From: Stegostoma tigrinum
Taxonomy: Eukaryota
Reading direction: 5' to 3'
NCBI RefSeq assembly: GCF_030684315.1
Contig: NC_081397.1
Span: 12,610,421 to 12,674,420, forward strand
DNA length: 64,000 bases
Shown one piece after another: positions 25,035-38,841 of this stretch. Position numbers and translations under genes: made by a program. Below the pieces are notes generated by a model. It saw only the letters and a list, made by a program, of their open reading frames with translations, made no database searches and was not told the DNA's origin. Numbering within the stretch: the stretch's first letter is position 1; each line of letters starts with the position of its first letter.

Positions 25035-25429
25035 TGTGGGAGGGGGATTTTTTGACACATCCAGCTTGATGACACGTGGGTGAATTCACACTGATGAGAG
25101 AGTGTTTACCTGTTCCCACTGAGTCAGTTCAGATAAATGACTGTACATCAGCAGATTGTCTGTGGAGAAGCTGAGTGAGGGGATTCACTGAATCTGCCAC
25201 CTTGTGGACAGTTCACACTGGGGAGAGGCTGTTCACTTTCTCTGTGTCAGGGAAGGGATTCATTGAGTTATGGAAACTGCTGAAATGTCAGTGAGATCCT
25301 GAGTAACTGCCGTGATGAAGGATGTATAATTTATATAAATTTCAGTTTGGAAGTTGGCTTTTATAATAGTGACACTGAATTTGGTTCATTTTCTGAAAGT
25401 TTTCTTTGAAAGAAAAAGTGTGAATCCTT

Positions 25430-25925
25430 GTGAAACAGTGACCTTCCTCCAGCACTGCTCAGAATGCAAGTGGCTGTGGAGCCCCATGTGGAGTGAATGG
25501 GAAATTGTTTAGACTCTTGTTGATTTGCAATGGATGAGCAAACATCAAAGGACATTATCTTGTTTTCAGTTCAGAGTAATCAAGGATTGATTTTTCTTTA
25601 TAAACCCAGGGTTAGAAGGTATTTTGTTTAGTTTGGAGATAGGACTAAGATCAGAATCAAGTTTAGTCTGTCTACTATAGAGAGCTCAGAATAATTCAGT
25701 GGAAACAAAAGAACAAAAAGTTACCTGAGTAGAACTTCTGAGGAGGGTTTGGTTTGAGCTGTGATGGTATTAGAAGCGGAAAATGTTTATTCTCTGAAAT
25801 TTGAGAGTATTCCTGAAAGAAAATTCCATAGTTCACAGGATGTGTTTGGGCCAAACCAGTTCAGATATAATTTAGAGATTTAATATTTGATGTAATTTCT
25901 CTGGATTTAAACCTGTGTAAATAAA
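25430..25925 (+). mobile_element. Possible LTR fragment
   Basis: TG start, TATAAA (~25599) and AATAAA (~25920); no clear CA end or TSD. Confidence 0.3.
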
Positions 25926-25929
25926 TACG

Positions 25930-26560
25930 GGCACACAGTTGCAGCAGGTAATCAGGAAGGCTTGTGGAACAATGGCACTTTAAATCTCCAATTTTCTTGA
26001 AATAAAGTTGGGATGTCTTCCTGCAACTGTCCAAGGTGCTGGTGAGACCACATCTCGAATGCTGGGAATAATTTTGGCCCCCTTATGGAAGGAAAGGTAT
26101 TATTTCATTGGAGGTGGTTCAGAGAATGTTCTCCAGGATATTCCTTTGTATGGAGGGACTGTCATGTGAGCAAAGGCTAAACTTTGTGGGAGTCTACTCA
26201 CTGGAGTTCAGAAGAATGAGAAGTGATGAAACGTATTAAATTAGGCTTGAAAGGGTAAATGTTGAGAGGATTTTTCACTTGCTGGAAGAATCTCTGTCCA
26301 AAGTGCATTGTCTCAGAATATAGGGCCACCACCAATTTAAGACAGATGAGGAGGAATTTCTTCTGTGGAGCGTTGGGAGCCTGTGGAACTTGTTGCCACA
26401 GAACAGGGAGGCAAAGTCGGGCCTAGTCTAAAATGAAGGCTGATGTAGATTCTTGATGAAGAATTATGGGAAAATCACAGGAAAGCAGCCATGAAGAATG
26501 TCAGATCAGCCCTGATTCTGTACAATGGCAGAGCAGGCTCAAGGGACCAAATGGTGCTGT
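25930..26560 (+). mobile_element. CR1 3' fragment
   Basis: LVRPHLE-like, LYSLEFRRMR-like and CR1 tail sequences. Confidence 0.75.
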
Positions 26561-28159
26561 TGAGAAATATTGTTATTGTTGAGGAACATTGTTTTTCTCT
26601 CTGTTTTTGTCTTGCGTAATTACAATTTGTCTTTTTTGATTTTGCTGAAGAATCTCTGCAGCGTCACATGACTGACCACCATGTCAACCAAAATAAAAGA
26701 GTATCTCACTTGGAGATAGTCAGACACACAATTAAACTGTCACCCAATGTACCAGAAGATGTGGAAATAAAGTGTCATCCGGTATAAAATAATAAATGAA
26801 ATTCAATTCCACCTGATACTCTAGTTGTTCAATAATTTACCCCATATTTACTCACAGGAGCAAAGACTGTCAGAAGCAGAGTGAAAGTCTCGCTTGCGTA
26901 CCAGACTAAAGGTGGATATTTACAGAAGAAATCCCTCCCTCTCCCAGAGAGCAACTTTCAAAGTGAATAAAGCTCAAACAGCCCTCCAACTCCATTTTAA
27001 TTTAATCCCTACTTCCTGTCACGTTTTTCATGTTGTTATTGCCCTGGTCACATTGTGTTTTTGCTGGTGTGAAAAGTCCAGCAGCTGTTTTGGTGTATCT
27101 CGGTTCAATTTGAAAGCCTCTCACTGACAGTAGAAAGCCTCATTTACAGCATTCTACCACCAGGCAGAACCCCTGCAGAGAGTTACAAAATTAATTTTAA
27201 AAAGAGAAACATATAAAATCTATTTGCAGAACTTGGAGGGAAACAATTTTCTTTTACTTGCTGACAAGGGATGGGACACTTGTTTGCTGGGTGTGAAACT
27301 CAGGGTTCGTATTCCACCAGGGTTTGAATCTCCTGCACTAATGGAGTATTAAAAAGGAACTTAAACACACAGAAGTAGCTGAAAAATGACACTCTGGTGT
27401 GTAATTTGCCCTTTCTCTGGAGATGCAGGGAAAATGGGATGCATGTGAATGCATCTGAGAATAAGGTGTGCATCGGGTCAATGATCACTTGTTAATTTAT
27501 GCAACATTTGTAAAATACACAATGCACATTCCCAGAATAACAATGGTTTAACTGACCTAACCTGGATATGCTTCAAGTATTTATTCAGACAAAGCTTTCC
27601 CTGATATAATCTCCCCTATTTAAATGTAACTCTATTCCAGTTGTTGTCAGAATTATGATGGGAGAGCTGAAATGGCCATGTGAGGGACAAATGTATTGAT
27701 GGTGCAGGGATAAAGTCAGTTTTTGTTTTGAATATCTGACTGTGCACAGGATCCCAGATCATAGCATGAGTTTTGAGATTGCTAAAACTGCTATGGTGTA
27801 AACAAGGAAAAGAAACGGAGCCAACTTCAGAAGGATGCAGGGATTCTGATAAAATGGACAACAAACCAATGGGTGGGATGTGAAATGGGTGCAGGGGCAG
27901 TGAAAGTTCTGGTTTAATTTACGTTAAACTGAATCTTACGTATGTGAAATATAAGGCTGGAGTTCTGTCTTTTCAGGGAAGGCATGTTAAGAACTGTTTT
28001 ATTCATTCTTGCATTTTAGCAAATGTTAGTTTGTTTGGCACAAAAATAGGGGGAGTTGTATGATGGAGAATTCTGTTCCCATAACTTGCTTCTGTGCTTC
28101 ACACGAATATACAGAAAAGCTTACATGTCAGATCAGCCACTGCATTTACTTGTTTGTCA

Positions 28160-28985
28160 TAGTCATAGCATTTTACAGCTTGGAAACAGGCCCTTTGGTC
28201 AACATGGACGAGTTGGTCCAGACCACCTAATTTAATCTAGTCCCATTTACCAGAATTTGACCTTTATCCCTCTAAACCCTTCCTTATTCATATACACTTT
28301 CAGATGCTTTTGAAATACAGTAATTGTACCGGCCTCCACAACCTCCTCTGGCAGCTCATTCCAGGCATGCACGATCCTCTGAAAAAGGTTGCATCTTGGT
28401 CACTTATTAACCACCTCACACCTTAAAACTGTACCCCCACCAGCCCCAGTTTTTGGATTTTGCCACCCGAGGGAAAAGACCTTGATACTCACCATATCCA
28501 TCTCCCTCATGATTTTCTAAACCTCTAGAGAAGGTCACTTCAGCTGCCGAGGTTCCAGGGTTGAACGAAACAATAGCCCCAACCTATTCAACCTCTCCGA
28601 ACAGCTCAAATCCTCAACCCTGGCAACATCCTTGTCAATCTTTTCTGAGCCATTTCTCGTTTCACAACATCCTTTGTGTAGCAGGGAGACCAGAATTACA
28701 CACAGTATTGCAAGAGTGGCCAAACAGATGTCCTGTCCAGATGCAACATGACCTCCCAACTCCCATACTCCATGCACTGACCAATACAGACAGGCATACC
28801 AAATACCTTCTTCACTATCCCATCTACTTACAACTCCACTTTCAAGGAACTATTAATCTGCACTACAACGCCTCTTTGTTCAGGAACATTCCCCATCATG
28901 GTGTGCAAGTTCTGACCTGATTTGGCTTTCTGAAAAAAAAGCACCTCACAATTATTTGATGAAAACTCCATCTGCCACTCATTTG
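28160..28985 (-). mobile_element. CR1 3' fragment
   Basis: EWQMEFS..CEVL on - strand; tail gtcatagtcatagc. Confidence 0.75.
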
Positions 28986-29883
28986 AGTTCATTCCACAAA
29001 TTAACAGTTTCTCCAATTCCATACTAAATTGTTACGACTTTCAAATCTCAATTGTCTAAATATAAAAATAAAAGAGAATTGCAAATGAAATAAAGCTCCT
29101 GGGTGGATTCATTCACTCCCATCTCACCGTTGGGTGCAGGTCTCACATTGACTATTTCCTCGTGATTGTATGTGATATGATACAGTGCCCCCTAGGGAGC
29201 ATTTCAAACAGTGTAGCATTAAATTGCAAAAGGATATCGAAGCCTGTCATTCACACTCATATTTAGTATCCTGTATATAAACCACGGCAATCCACTCGAT
29301 TAAATTCTACCCATAAGCATTGGTATCAGTCATCCTAGAATGGAATCGCCAGAACCATCGATTAGATGCTCGTTTGTTTTAAATACTCGTTTCAGCTTAT
29401 TCATCAAAAAAACCAATGTTGAAATAAAACAAATTGAACAATCTCAAATCTTGAAAAATCAAACATTCAACACAAAATACAGCAGTCAACAACTGCTTAA
29501 GTGGTAAACGGGCAGCCTCCATTCCCCCTTCAGAGCCACCACAACCTTACATTGAGAACGGAGACCCGAGAAGAGGAAAAACAGCACAGGCGGAAGGGCT
29601 ACCGTACCACAGATAGTTTTATCTGGTCGAATGCATCATGTCAAGGGATACTGAATTGCTTTACGGCTTCCGGGGTTATTATTACCCGATTTCTAAACTT
29701 GTTGCTATTCCTCTAACAGTGTCAGATCTTTCCAATACAATTACAGGAAACTACCTCATGGATACATTCCGTCCGGGCGGATTATAGCTCAATAACACTA
29801 ACAATAATGGCAGGGTGAGTATTGTGTTACCAGTCTCCCAGTAATACAGAGGACATTAAAATTAACTCGGCTGTGGTGAGGGT

Positions 29884-29926
29884 CCAGTTTCTTTCACTGA
29901 TGTTGTGGGTGGCTCTTAAAAGAGCC
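29884..29926 (-). terminator. H2A histone 3' stem-loop and histone downstream element
   Basis: CCAAA-GGCTCT-TTTA-AGAGCC-ACCCA (stem-loop 29911-29926), then GAAAGAAACTG. Confidence 0.92.
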
Positions 29927-29956
29927 TTTGGGTTGTCAGGTTACAGAACGGCCCCT

Positions 29957-30620
<664 letters not shown>

Positions 30621-31409
30621 AGTTTTACGAAGAAGAATGCGTTCATATTCCAGATAATTTACTTTTAGAATACAACTGTATATTTCATACAATCTCTCTC
30701 TGATTCCCAGGCCTAAGTGAATCGATGTGATTATGATTTTGCTTTTTACCCTGATCCTTAAGAATAAACAGATGGCAGAAAAAGAGCCCGGCGTAAGTTA
30801 CTCTCTGAACAAATTCATTTTATTTCACATCAGCACCCGGATACATTGATAAAAGCATCGCACTGCTATTTCTTTCCCGTTGAGCGCATGACCGTTTTAA
30901 ACAATATTGACAATCGCGCTCCCTATTGCACGGGATCAACAATATTTCTACTTTTGCGATGCCAGTCCGCCAGCTGTTCTGCTTTCATCTCGGTTCACTT
31001 TGAAATTTTCCCACCGACAGCAGAAAGCCTCATTTATGAGCTTTCTGCAAAACCGCGGGGAGATTTGAAAATAAAACAAAATTCCTCTGCGTGGAAACCG
31101 GAGGAAAATGCCGGCGCCAAATCATCAACCGCTTTCTTTCAAACTCGAAAAGCCCGCCAATATGTACAAAACAGTAAGAAGTCAAACAAAGAAAAATGCA
31201 AAAGTATTTGAAGTAATTTACTTTTAGATTACACCGACATGCTTCACTCAATCTCAGTCATTCCCTAGCCTCCATACATCTGTATTTATGTTCTTGAAAG
31301 GATTGTTTGCTCGAACTTTACGAATAAACGGAAGCAAAAAACAAACCTGCCAAAATCCGTTCCCTGCATAGATACTATTTCACATCAGCACCCGGTGATA
31401 TTGATAAAA

Positions 31410-31636
31410 GATAATAAAATGTGAGGCTGGATGAACACAGCAGGCCCAGCAGCATCTCAGGAGCACAAAAGCTGACGTTACGGGCCTAGACCCTTCATCA
31501 GAGAGCTCTCTGCTGAAGGGACTCGGCCCGAAACGTCAGCTTTTGTGCTCCTGAGATGCTGCTGGGCCTGCTGTGTTCATCCAGTTTCACATTTTATTAT
31601 CTTGGATTCTCCAGCATCTGCAGTTCCCATTATCAC
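31410..31636. mobile_element. Palindromic Penelope-derived insertion with two back-to-back hammerhead-like cores and 14-bp flanking duplication
   Basis: TGATATTGATAAAA at 31396-31409 and 31637-31650; symmetry centre GAGAGCTCTC 31501-31510; cores 31474-31501 (-) and 31510-31537 (+), each with one core mismatch. Confidence 0.85.
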
Positions 31637-32651
31637 TGATATTGATAAAATACTCCTTTTTTCAGGTGAGCGTATTAATGCTTTGGACAATATTTTTAAA
31701 ATCGCCTTTCCTATTGCCCTCGACTGGACTTCTACAATAGTTCCACATTGCCGATGCGAGTCCGGGAGCTATTCTAGTTTCGTTAAGAATCACTTTGAAA
31801 TTCTCCCATCGGCAGCAGAAAGCACCACATACTGCATTTTGAAAAAAACAAAAATCACAAATCCCGCTGAGATTTGGAATTGAATTGCAATTAAATTGCA
31901 GGGGGATTTCAGGGTTCAGAACCCACTGCGATTAGTTTGAAAAATGCTCAAACCCACAAAAGAGGAAAAGGAGTGAATAATTTAATCCTGTATAAGCTCA
32001 CTCACACTGACATTGCAAATGAATACTTTACACAATTTTTCTGTATTGCATTCTCTCTTCTACTCGAATCTGTCCATTTCTGCACTTGAATAGAATTTTC
32101 TGAATTTAGCAACAAGCGGAAATAGCAAAAAAGAGCACCGCATTCTGCGCATATTTTTATTTCACTTTTCAAGTGCACACCGAATATTGATTAAACCTCG
32201 CACAATGTCCTTTTGGGTGAACGCGTTCACACTTTAAACAACAGCTTGAAGTTGCCCTCCCCTGTTGTCCTTGACCAGTCGTCAGGCACAATTTCACACT
32301 TGCTATCGCAATTCGGCAGCTGCTCTGGCTTTATCTCGGTTCATTGTAAGATTAACAGAACAGCAAGTAGATTGTAAAATCTATTCATGGGATTCGATGT
32401 TAACTTTGTTTCCCGGGGTCATCAAGTGTGAAAGAGGAACTTGGAAAAAAAAATGGAAGTTGTTGATAAATGATTCATTGGCGATAATTATGCTCTTTGC
32501 AGATACAGGGAAACGAGACAGGGTATGGCTGCAACCTAAAATAAAGGGCAGATGAGGGATGACACATCGAGTTCTAAAACAATTACGTTATTTTTAAAAA
32601 GCCGACTGACATTACTAATACATACCGAAAATCATTTGCAAAAAGTTGGTT

Positions 32652-32692
32652 CAGCTGTTTCAGCGAAGTTGTGGGTGGCTCTGAAAAGAGCC
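32652..32692 (-). terminator. H2B histone 3' stem-loop and histone downstream element
   Basis: CCAAC-GGCTCT-TTTC-AGAGCC-ACCCA (stem-loop 32677-32692), then GAAACAGCTG. Confidence 0.92.
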
Positions 32693-32732
32693 GTTGGGTT
32701 TTGGATGTGTTTTCTCAGCACAATGTGGGGTC

Positions 32733-33113
32733 TCACTTGGAGCTGGTGTACTTGGTCACCGCCTTTGTACCCTCCGACACGGCGTGCTTGGCCAGCTCCC
32801 CGGGCAGCAGCAGCCGCACCGCTGTCTGGATCTCCCGGGAGCTGATGGTGCTGCGCTTGTTGTAATGGGCCAGGCGGGAAGCCTCCCCCGCGATACGCTC
32901 AAAAATATCGTTGACGAACGAGTTCATGATACTCATGGCCCTGGAAGAGATGCCGGTGTCGGGGTGAACCTGCTTCATCACTTTGTAGATATAGATGGCG
33001 TAACTTTCTTTCCTGGACTTTCTCCTCTTCTTACCGCCTTTCGCTGGCGCCTTCTTGATGACTTTCTTGGCGCCCTTCTTGGAAGTTGCCTGCGCTTTCT
33101 TCTCATCTGCCAT
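32733..33113 (-). CDS. H2B: Replication-dependent histone H2B (126 aa)
   Basis: MADEKK...[24 protein letters not shown]...[12 protein letters not shown]; ATG at 33113; stem-loop. Confidence 0.97.
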   Translation of the reverse strand: MADEKKAQATSKKGAKKVIKKAPAKGGKKRRKSRKESYAIYIYKVMKQVHPDTGISSRAMSIMNSFVNDIFERIAGEASRLAHYNKRSTISSREIQTAVRLLLPGELAKHAVSEGTKAVTKYTSSK

Positions 33114-33159
33114 CGTCACGATTACTTTCAGACACAGAATAAGCGAAAACGGCCTCGGA

Positions 33160-33285
33160 GCTCGCTTTTTATAGCCTGATCACGTCAGCAATGCTAATGA
33201 GGGATAAGGGATAAGTCTTGTTCTTGATTGGACAGTTAAAAAGAATGTCAAACATGACATCAGCCTCGCTGTGATTGGTTAGTTT
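33160..33285 (-). promoter_or_regulatory. H2B promoter
   Basis: TATAAAAA 33166-33173, CRE-like TGACGTG, octamer variant ATTAGCAT 33191-33198, CCAAT at ~33226 and ~33273. Confidence 0.8.
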
Positions 33286-33674
33286 ATGGAGACAATGCGG
33301 ATCTATCAGGATCTTCAATGAAATGCGAGACACAAACCAAATTCTGTACACGGAACAAACTCCGAGCTCACTCGCAAATCAACCGGTTATTGTCAGTTAA
33401 TGATATCTTGAACACAGTATCTGAGAGATTTTAATTGTGGCAGTGTGTTTTGTTCTACTCAAAGTAATCTTTCTGTGTAATATTATTTTGTTTCATCTCT
33501 CTCTGAGTTCCGCAGGACACTTGTGTCATTGAGAGATTCAGGCTTATTGAGGGATAGTTTGTCCAATATCTGTCAGTCTCTCCTATGTGAAAATGCGAGT
33601 GCAGTTATCTATCTGTCCCTGTCTGTTTATGCAGTGTGAATGATTATCACTCTCTCACAATCTGTTCCTGTCAT

Positions 33675-34420
33675 ACAGTCATAGAGATGTACAGCACTCT
33701 TGGGTCCACCTCGACCATAATAATCAGATATCGTAAATTAATCTAGTCCCATTTACCAGCATTTAGCCGATACCACTCTGAACCCTTCCTAATCTTGTGC
33801 CCATCCAGAAGCCATTTAAATGTTGTAATTGTCGTATCCTCCACCACGTCCTTTGGCAGTTCAATCCAGTTATGCACCACTCGCTGCGAGCTAATGTTGC
33901 CCACCTTAGGTTGCTCTTCAACATTTCACCTCTCCACTTAAACCCATGCCCTCGAGTTATGGATTCCTCTACTCTGGGCAAAAGAACTTGATTATTCACC
34001 CTATCCATGCTGCTCATAATTTTATAATCCTCTGGAAGGTCACCACTCGGCCTCCCACACTCCATGGAAAACAAGCCCTGTCTCTACCGTCTTTCACCAA
34101 AGTCTCTGACCGTGGCAACAATCTTTTAAACATTTTCTGAACCCTTTCAAGTTTAAAAACCCCTTGCCATTTTAAGGGGACACTGGACCCGAATGCATTT
34201 TCTCAGAAGAAACTGAACCAATGTTCTGCACAGTCACAACATGACCTTCCAAACCACACATTCAATGCACGGATCAATAAAGGCAAGTGTATCAAACACC
34301 ATCTTTACTGACCTGTCTATCTGTAATTCCATTGCAAGGAGCTATGAACCTGCACTCGAAGACCATTTGGGTTGGCTTCCCTGGAGCTTATCTGGAGTCT
34401 GCCAGTCCTGCCCTGATTTT
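33675..34420 (-). mobile_element. CR1 3' fragment
   Basis: GDL.E.YKIM..MDRVN...PRV.ES.TRGH.FK; tail gtcatagagatgtacagc. Confidence 0.75.
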
Positions 34421-37289
34421 CCCTTACAAATAGTTACAATAGTTATGAGTCTGTGCTTTTCTTCAGAGTTGAGGAGGGAAAAGCAATGAACCTTTGCAAC
34501 TGCTATACTGCAGAGTCTCAACAGCAGTGGTGATATCAAGGGACATCTTTACAATGATACGAGTATTGTTTCGTATTGCATAGTGTCATACATTTCAGAA
34601 TACTGAAGTAAAGGTATTAATTTAATATGTTATAGCCAAAGGGAAACTGCCATGAACAAATCAACTGCATCGCAGCTGACTGACCACAATATTCCTTGTG
34701 CAGGAAAGAAAATTGTCTTATTTACTTCTATTTTATTTTGTGGCTCAGACATTACCCTCGTTGTGTGGGGAGGAAGAAGACAGAATTTTTGTCTTCTATC
34801 ACGCAGTGGAAAAAACTGCAACAGTCAAACTAAAGAAGAATAAACATTGCTGAACTCTCCTGGCCAACAAAAAAAGAGAGAATATTTACTATCTACCTGA
34901 TTTGGTCAAATCCTTCTTTCTCCACTGTTTTGACGAATGGCTTTTTATTATGTTCCTTATTTGAGAAAATGGCATCTAATTTTCTAGTGTGTGTGATGTA
35001 ATACTTCAAAAGGGAGTGTCACGAGGAACATAGGGCTATTTGAATAACATTTAAGCTAATTTGAAAAAAAAGTCCATGATTATAAAGTCCTCTTGCTTAG
35101 CACAGAATAAAAGAAAAATCTATTCCCGCTCGATGACAAAATTGACAACTATCCGGTGATAAAGGTTGGGATGGTAGTTCCTCTGCCACCATGATATGTT
35201 TATGGAAATTGAATGCTGGCTGAATGGACGTAGAATTGTTGCCTGGTTGTTTCTAACCAGTGCAGACTCAGTGAGTGGCAGGATTGTTTGTGGTGCCGCA
35301 GATGTCTATGACTATGTTTTGTGAGTGATAATCATTTTGTATATATCATTTTCTGTTACCTGGAGTTTAAATGGAACTTCATAGCTATTCGTCCTTGCAT
35401 CACATCTGTAGTTATGGCGTTTGTGTTTTGAACTAATTCTGAATCAGTCAGTACCTGTGCCTGTCAGTCCACCCACACGGAGACAAAGCAAAGTTAATAT
35501 TACACATCCTTTGACACTTCTTCAGAACAGAGGTTGAACTTCACCACACTCGTTTCTCTTCACAGGTGCTGCCAGACCTGCTGAGTTTTTGCAGCAATTT
35601 CTACTTCTGTCTCTGATTTCTATCATCTGCAGTTCCTTGATTTTTCCATTTGTCATGCTTTGACACTGAAAATGCATTTGGAATTCACATCATTTATTTG
35701 TTGTGTTTATGTATGGGATTAATATTTATCAAAGGAGCAATTCTGTACTGATCAATTATCGGTAAACTAAACTTAAGTATCATTCATCAATTATTTTGTT
35801 GACCCATGGCTGTTGGTGACTGCAGTATTTCCTACATCTGTATTAAACATCTACATCTACATCTACTAAGACTGTTGAAACAATGTAACAGAGTGATCAC
35901 CTGGATTGTAACTTGAAAAATATGCTTAATAAACATAGATCTAATTCAGTTCCTGACTGAATTCAATTTCTAAAACTGACAGAGGCTGATTGATAAAGAC
36001 ATTTATATATTCACACAGCCATCTCTCCCTGTCTGTTTCTGCAATGTCGATATGTGAGTTTAGTCATCAATCTGTTCATGTTAGTATCTGCCATGTGAAT
36101 GTCTGAGTGCAGTTATCAGTTTGTACCTGTTGGTTTCATGAGCAGTTCATGAGAATTTTGTCACAAAATTCAACAAATTTTTTTCTTCTGATGGAGTGAA
36201 CAAATGATATTTAGTTTATGACCACGGCAATTACCATGGATTTAAATACATGGGAATTGGATTTCATCGCTCACATTCCGTTCTATTTGTCTCTTATCAT
36301 GAGAAGCTAGCTCTCTGATATGAAATGCATGAGAAGAAATAATTTTGAATGTTACATGTGCTGAGGTTTGCAGTGGCTGTTACATGTTTTGCACGTGTCA
36401 GGTTTGCGTATGTATTTGCAACCCATTGTAAATCACTGTGTGTGTGTGTGTTGAGAGTGTGTTTGTGTGGTGAGAGTGCAACAGCGAAAAAACACATGCA
36501 CTCAATAAGCATTCTCTGTCAGGCTTTAACACAGGATGTGTGCATTTAAAAGTCACGTTATTTAATTGTTCTGGCTCTGCCTGAGAGATGTGTTGGTCAA
36601 ACACGATTAATACAATCCTGCTCAGTTACTGATGTGAATGTTTCTGTCCATATCTGAACTCATTATCTACTTCACATATGGTTGGTGTAACTATGCAATG
36701 GCATGAACTAATTATTCACCTTACAAGGTGCACTAAGCATTCCTTTAGTGATATAGGAAAGCCTCCGGAGACTAATTGACATCTCTATTTGAAGCTTTTC
36801 ATGAATGCTTTTAGTGATCTTTGTATTTTATTGTGTACGTAGATTTATATATTTCATCGGAATGATCTGAAGAATCTTTAACTAAAAGTATTTCGTAACA
36901 CTATGAATAATTTGAAAGAAACAACAAATTGCTGCATAATGGTGTTATCTGCTGTTTTCATGAAATTCTAGGCTGACAGTCTTTCTGGGATGATTCGTAT
37001 CCCTTGCCTTAACTAACTCTGTTCACCGAAAGGGACAACATTCTTTCATTAATGAGATTGGAATCAATCACAACTGTAATTTAATCAATGTCTTTGATCC
37101 TGTCATACTTATGTGAACCATAATGCCATTAGTTCATCTGTTTGTTATTACAGGAGTTTACTATGCCCTTCAATGTTTGTTCCAAATCTTCAAACTGTCT
37201 CGCACAAACCTTCTTCCATGTGTTGTTTGTGCAAATGCTCCCTTTTGCCTCAGAATAACCTCTTCTCATTTTTAAAAAAGTTCATTCAC

Positions 37290-37630
37290 AGTATCAGGGT
37301 GTCACTGCCTAGGCTTGCATTTATTGTCGGCCCCTAATTGCCCAGAGGGCAGTTCAGAGTCAAACACATTGCTGTGGGTCTGGAGTCAAGTCGCATGTAG
37401 GCTAGACCAGCTAAGAATGCCAGTTTCATTCCCTCAAGGACATGAGTGAACCAGATGCATTCTTTTTTTCCTGACAATGGATTTATTGTCATCATTACAT
37501 TCTTAATTCCAGATGTTTTTTTTAATTCAAATTCCACCATCTGCTGGGCCGGTGATTGAAGCCATGTCCCCAGAATGTTGTCTGGTCTCTGCATTAACAG
37601 TGCAGTGATACGACCACTAAGTCAATGCCT
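37290..37630 (-). mobile_element. tRNA-derived SINE (same family as 21420-21720)
   Basis: Reverse complement of the 21420 copy, including CCAGACCCACAGCAATG and GGGCAATTAGGG. Confidence 0.65.
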
Positions 37631-38328
37631 CCCAGATCTGGTGGTTTTTGTTCAGAACTGAGGAAGTGTACCAGGCCTGAAACGTTAACTTTGATTTCTC
37701 ATCACAGATGCTGCCAGATCTGCTGAGCTTTTCCAGAATCTTCTGCTTATTAATTGTCTTCCTCAGCCACTGATAACATCTAATGTTTCCTTCCATGTCT
37801 GTACCGAGTATCCACTCCATACATGGTTACATTGTTACAAGGACAACTTGAACTATTTATATACCTTGACTGTAACTTTAAAAATGTCCTTCCTCAACAT
37901 GCATTCAATGCAGTTAGTGAGCATATATTTGTGATGAAGATTCAATTGATCCCTCTTCAAATGCTATGAATAACAATGGGCTTTCAAAGATGAACTTTAC
38001 TGGAACTGCACTGGTTTATAGACAAAAAGAAACATTTGTATTTTGTTGGTGGCGTTTGACTCTTGGATTGAATGTATGTGTCTGGAAATTGAGCTCAATG
38101 CAAGTCTTACCCCTATGACTGTGGAAAGTAAATTCTCCACTCTGACAGTGCTCACATACCTGCTGTTTGGTTGGAGCAGCTGGTCACACGATGCTGTACT
38201 GAGGAAATATGACATTGTCTTCGCCCATCAATTATTTGCCTGGAGGAAGAAAGAAGAGAATTCTCCTGTAAATTAACATCCAACGATTTTGAAAATATTA
38301 AAACTGATCAAGGCAACTGATCAAGACA

Positions 38329-38639
38329 TGAGGTCAGGGCAGAGAGGTAGTTGGGAAGATAAGTGAGTGCTACTTAAGTACTTACCTCGAAGCCAGCGGG
38401 TGCTTTTTGCAGCGGAGAGCAGCGCGAGCCGGGCGGGCGTGAGGTCAGGGCAGAGAGGCAGTTGGGAAGATAAGTGAGTGCTACTTAAGTACTGACCTCG
38501 AAGCCAGCGGGTCCTTTTTGCAGCGGAGAGCGGCGCGAGCCGGGCGGACGTGAGGTCAGGGCAGAGAGGCAGTTGGGAAGATAAGTGAGTGCTACTTAAG
38601 TACTGACCTCGAAGCCAGCGGGTCCTTTTTGCAGCGGAG
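38329..38639 (+). repeat. 111-bp tandem monomer array (about 2.8 copies) forming the CR1 5' end
   Basis: TGAGGTCAGGGCAGAGAGG at 38329, 38440 and 38551. Confidence 0.92.
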
Positions 38640-38841
38640 TGCTGTTTAAGTAGGTGTGTTCTCAGCCGCAGGTCCTACATGGTAGGGCCTGCCTCCCACC
38701 CTCCTCCTCTAACCTAATTAAGAGTCCACAGACTCACAGCAAACACACAAGGGCTGAGGGAAGTGCCTGGTGAGTAAAGTGCGAGTTTTCGGTGAAGAGG
38801 CTCAGTGAGGAGATTACACCACTGTTGAAGACTGTGCAGGC

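Noticed and set aside
37154-37174. 21-nt phase-1 mini-exon (FcR-type leader)
   Set aside because: Acceptor is good but the GTTTGT donor is weak and no first exon was found
37930-38081. Third TM exon weakly similar to 52745-52864
   Set aside because: Only a short nucleotide match; stops occur and there is no convincing hydrophobic segment
38329-38639. CRISPR-like array
   Set aside because: Contiguous tandem monomers without unique spacers, in eukaryotic LINE context
38640-38730. HDV-like ribozyme in the CR1 5'UTR
   Set aside because: Only one hairpin is visible; the nested double pseudoknot could not be built
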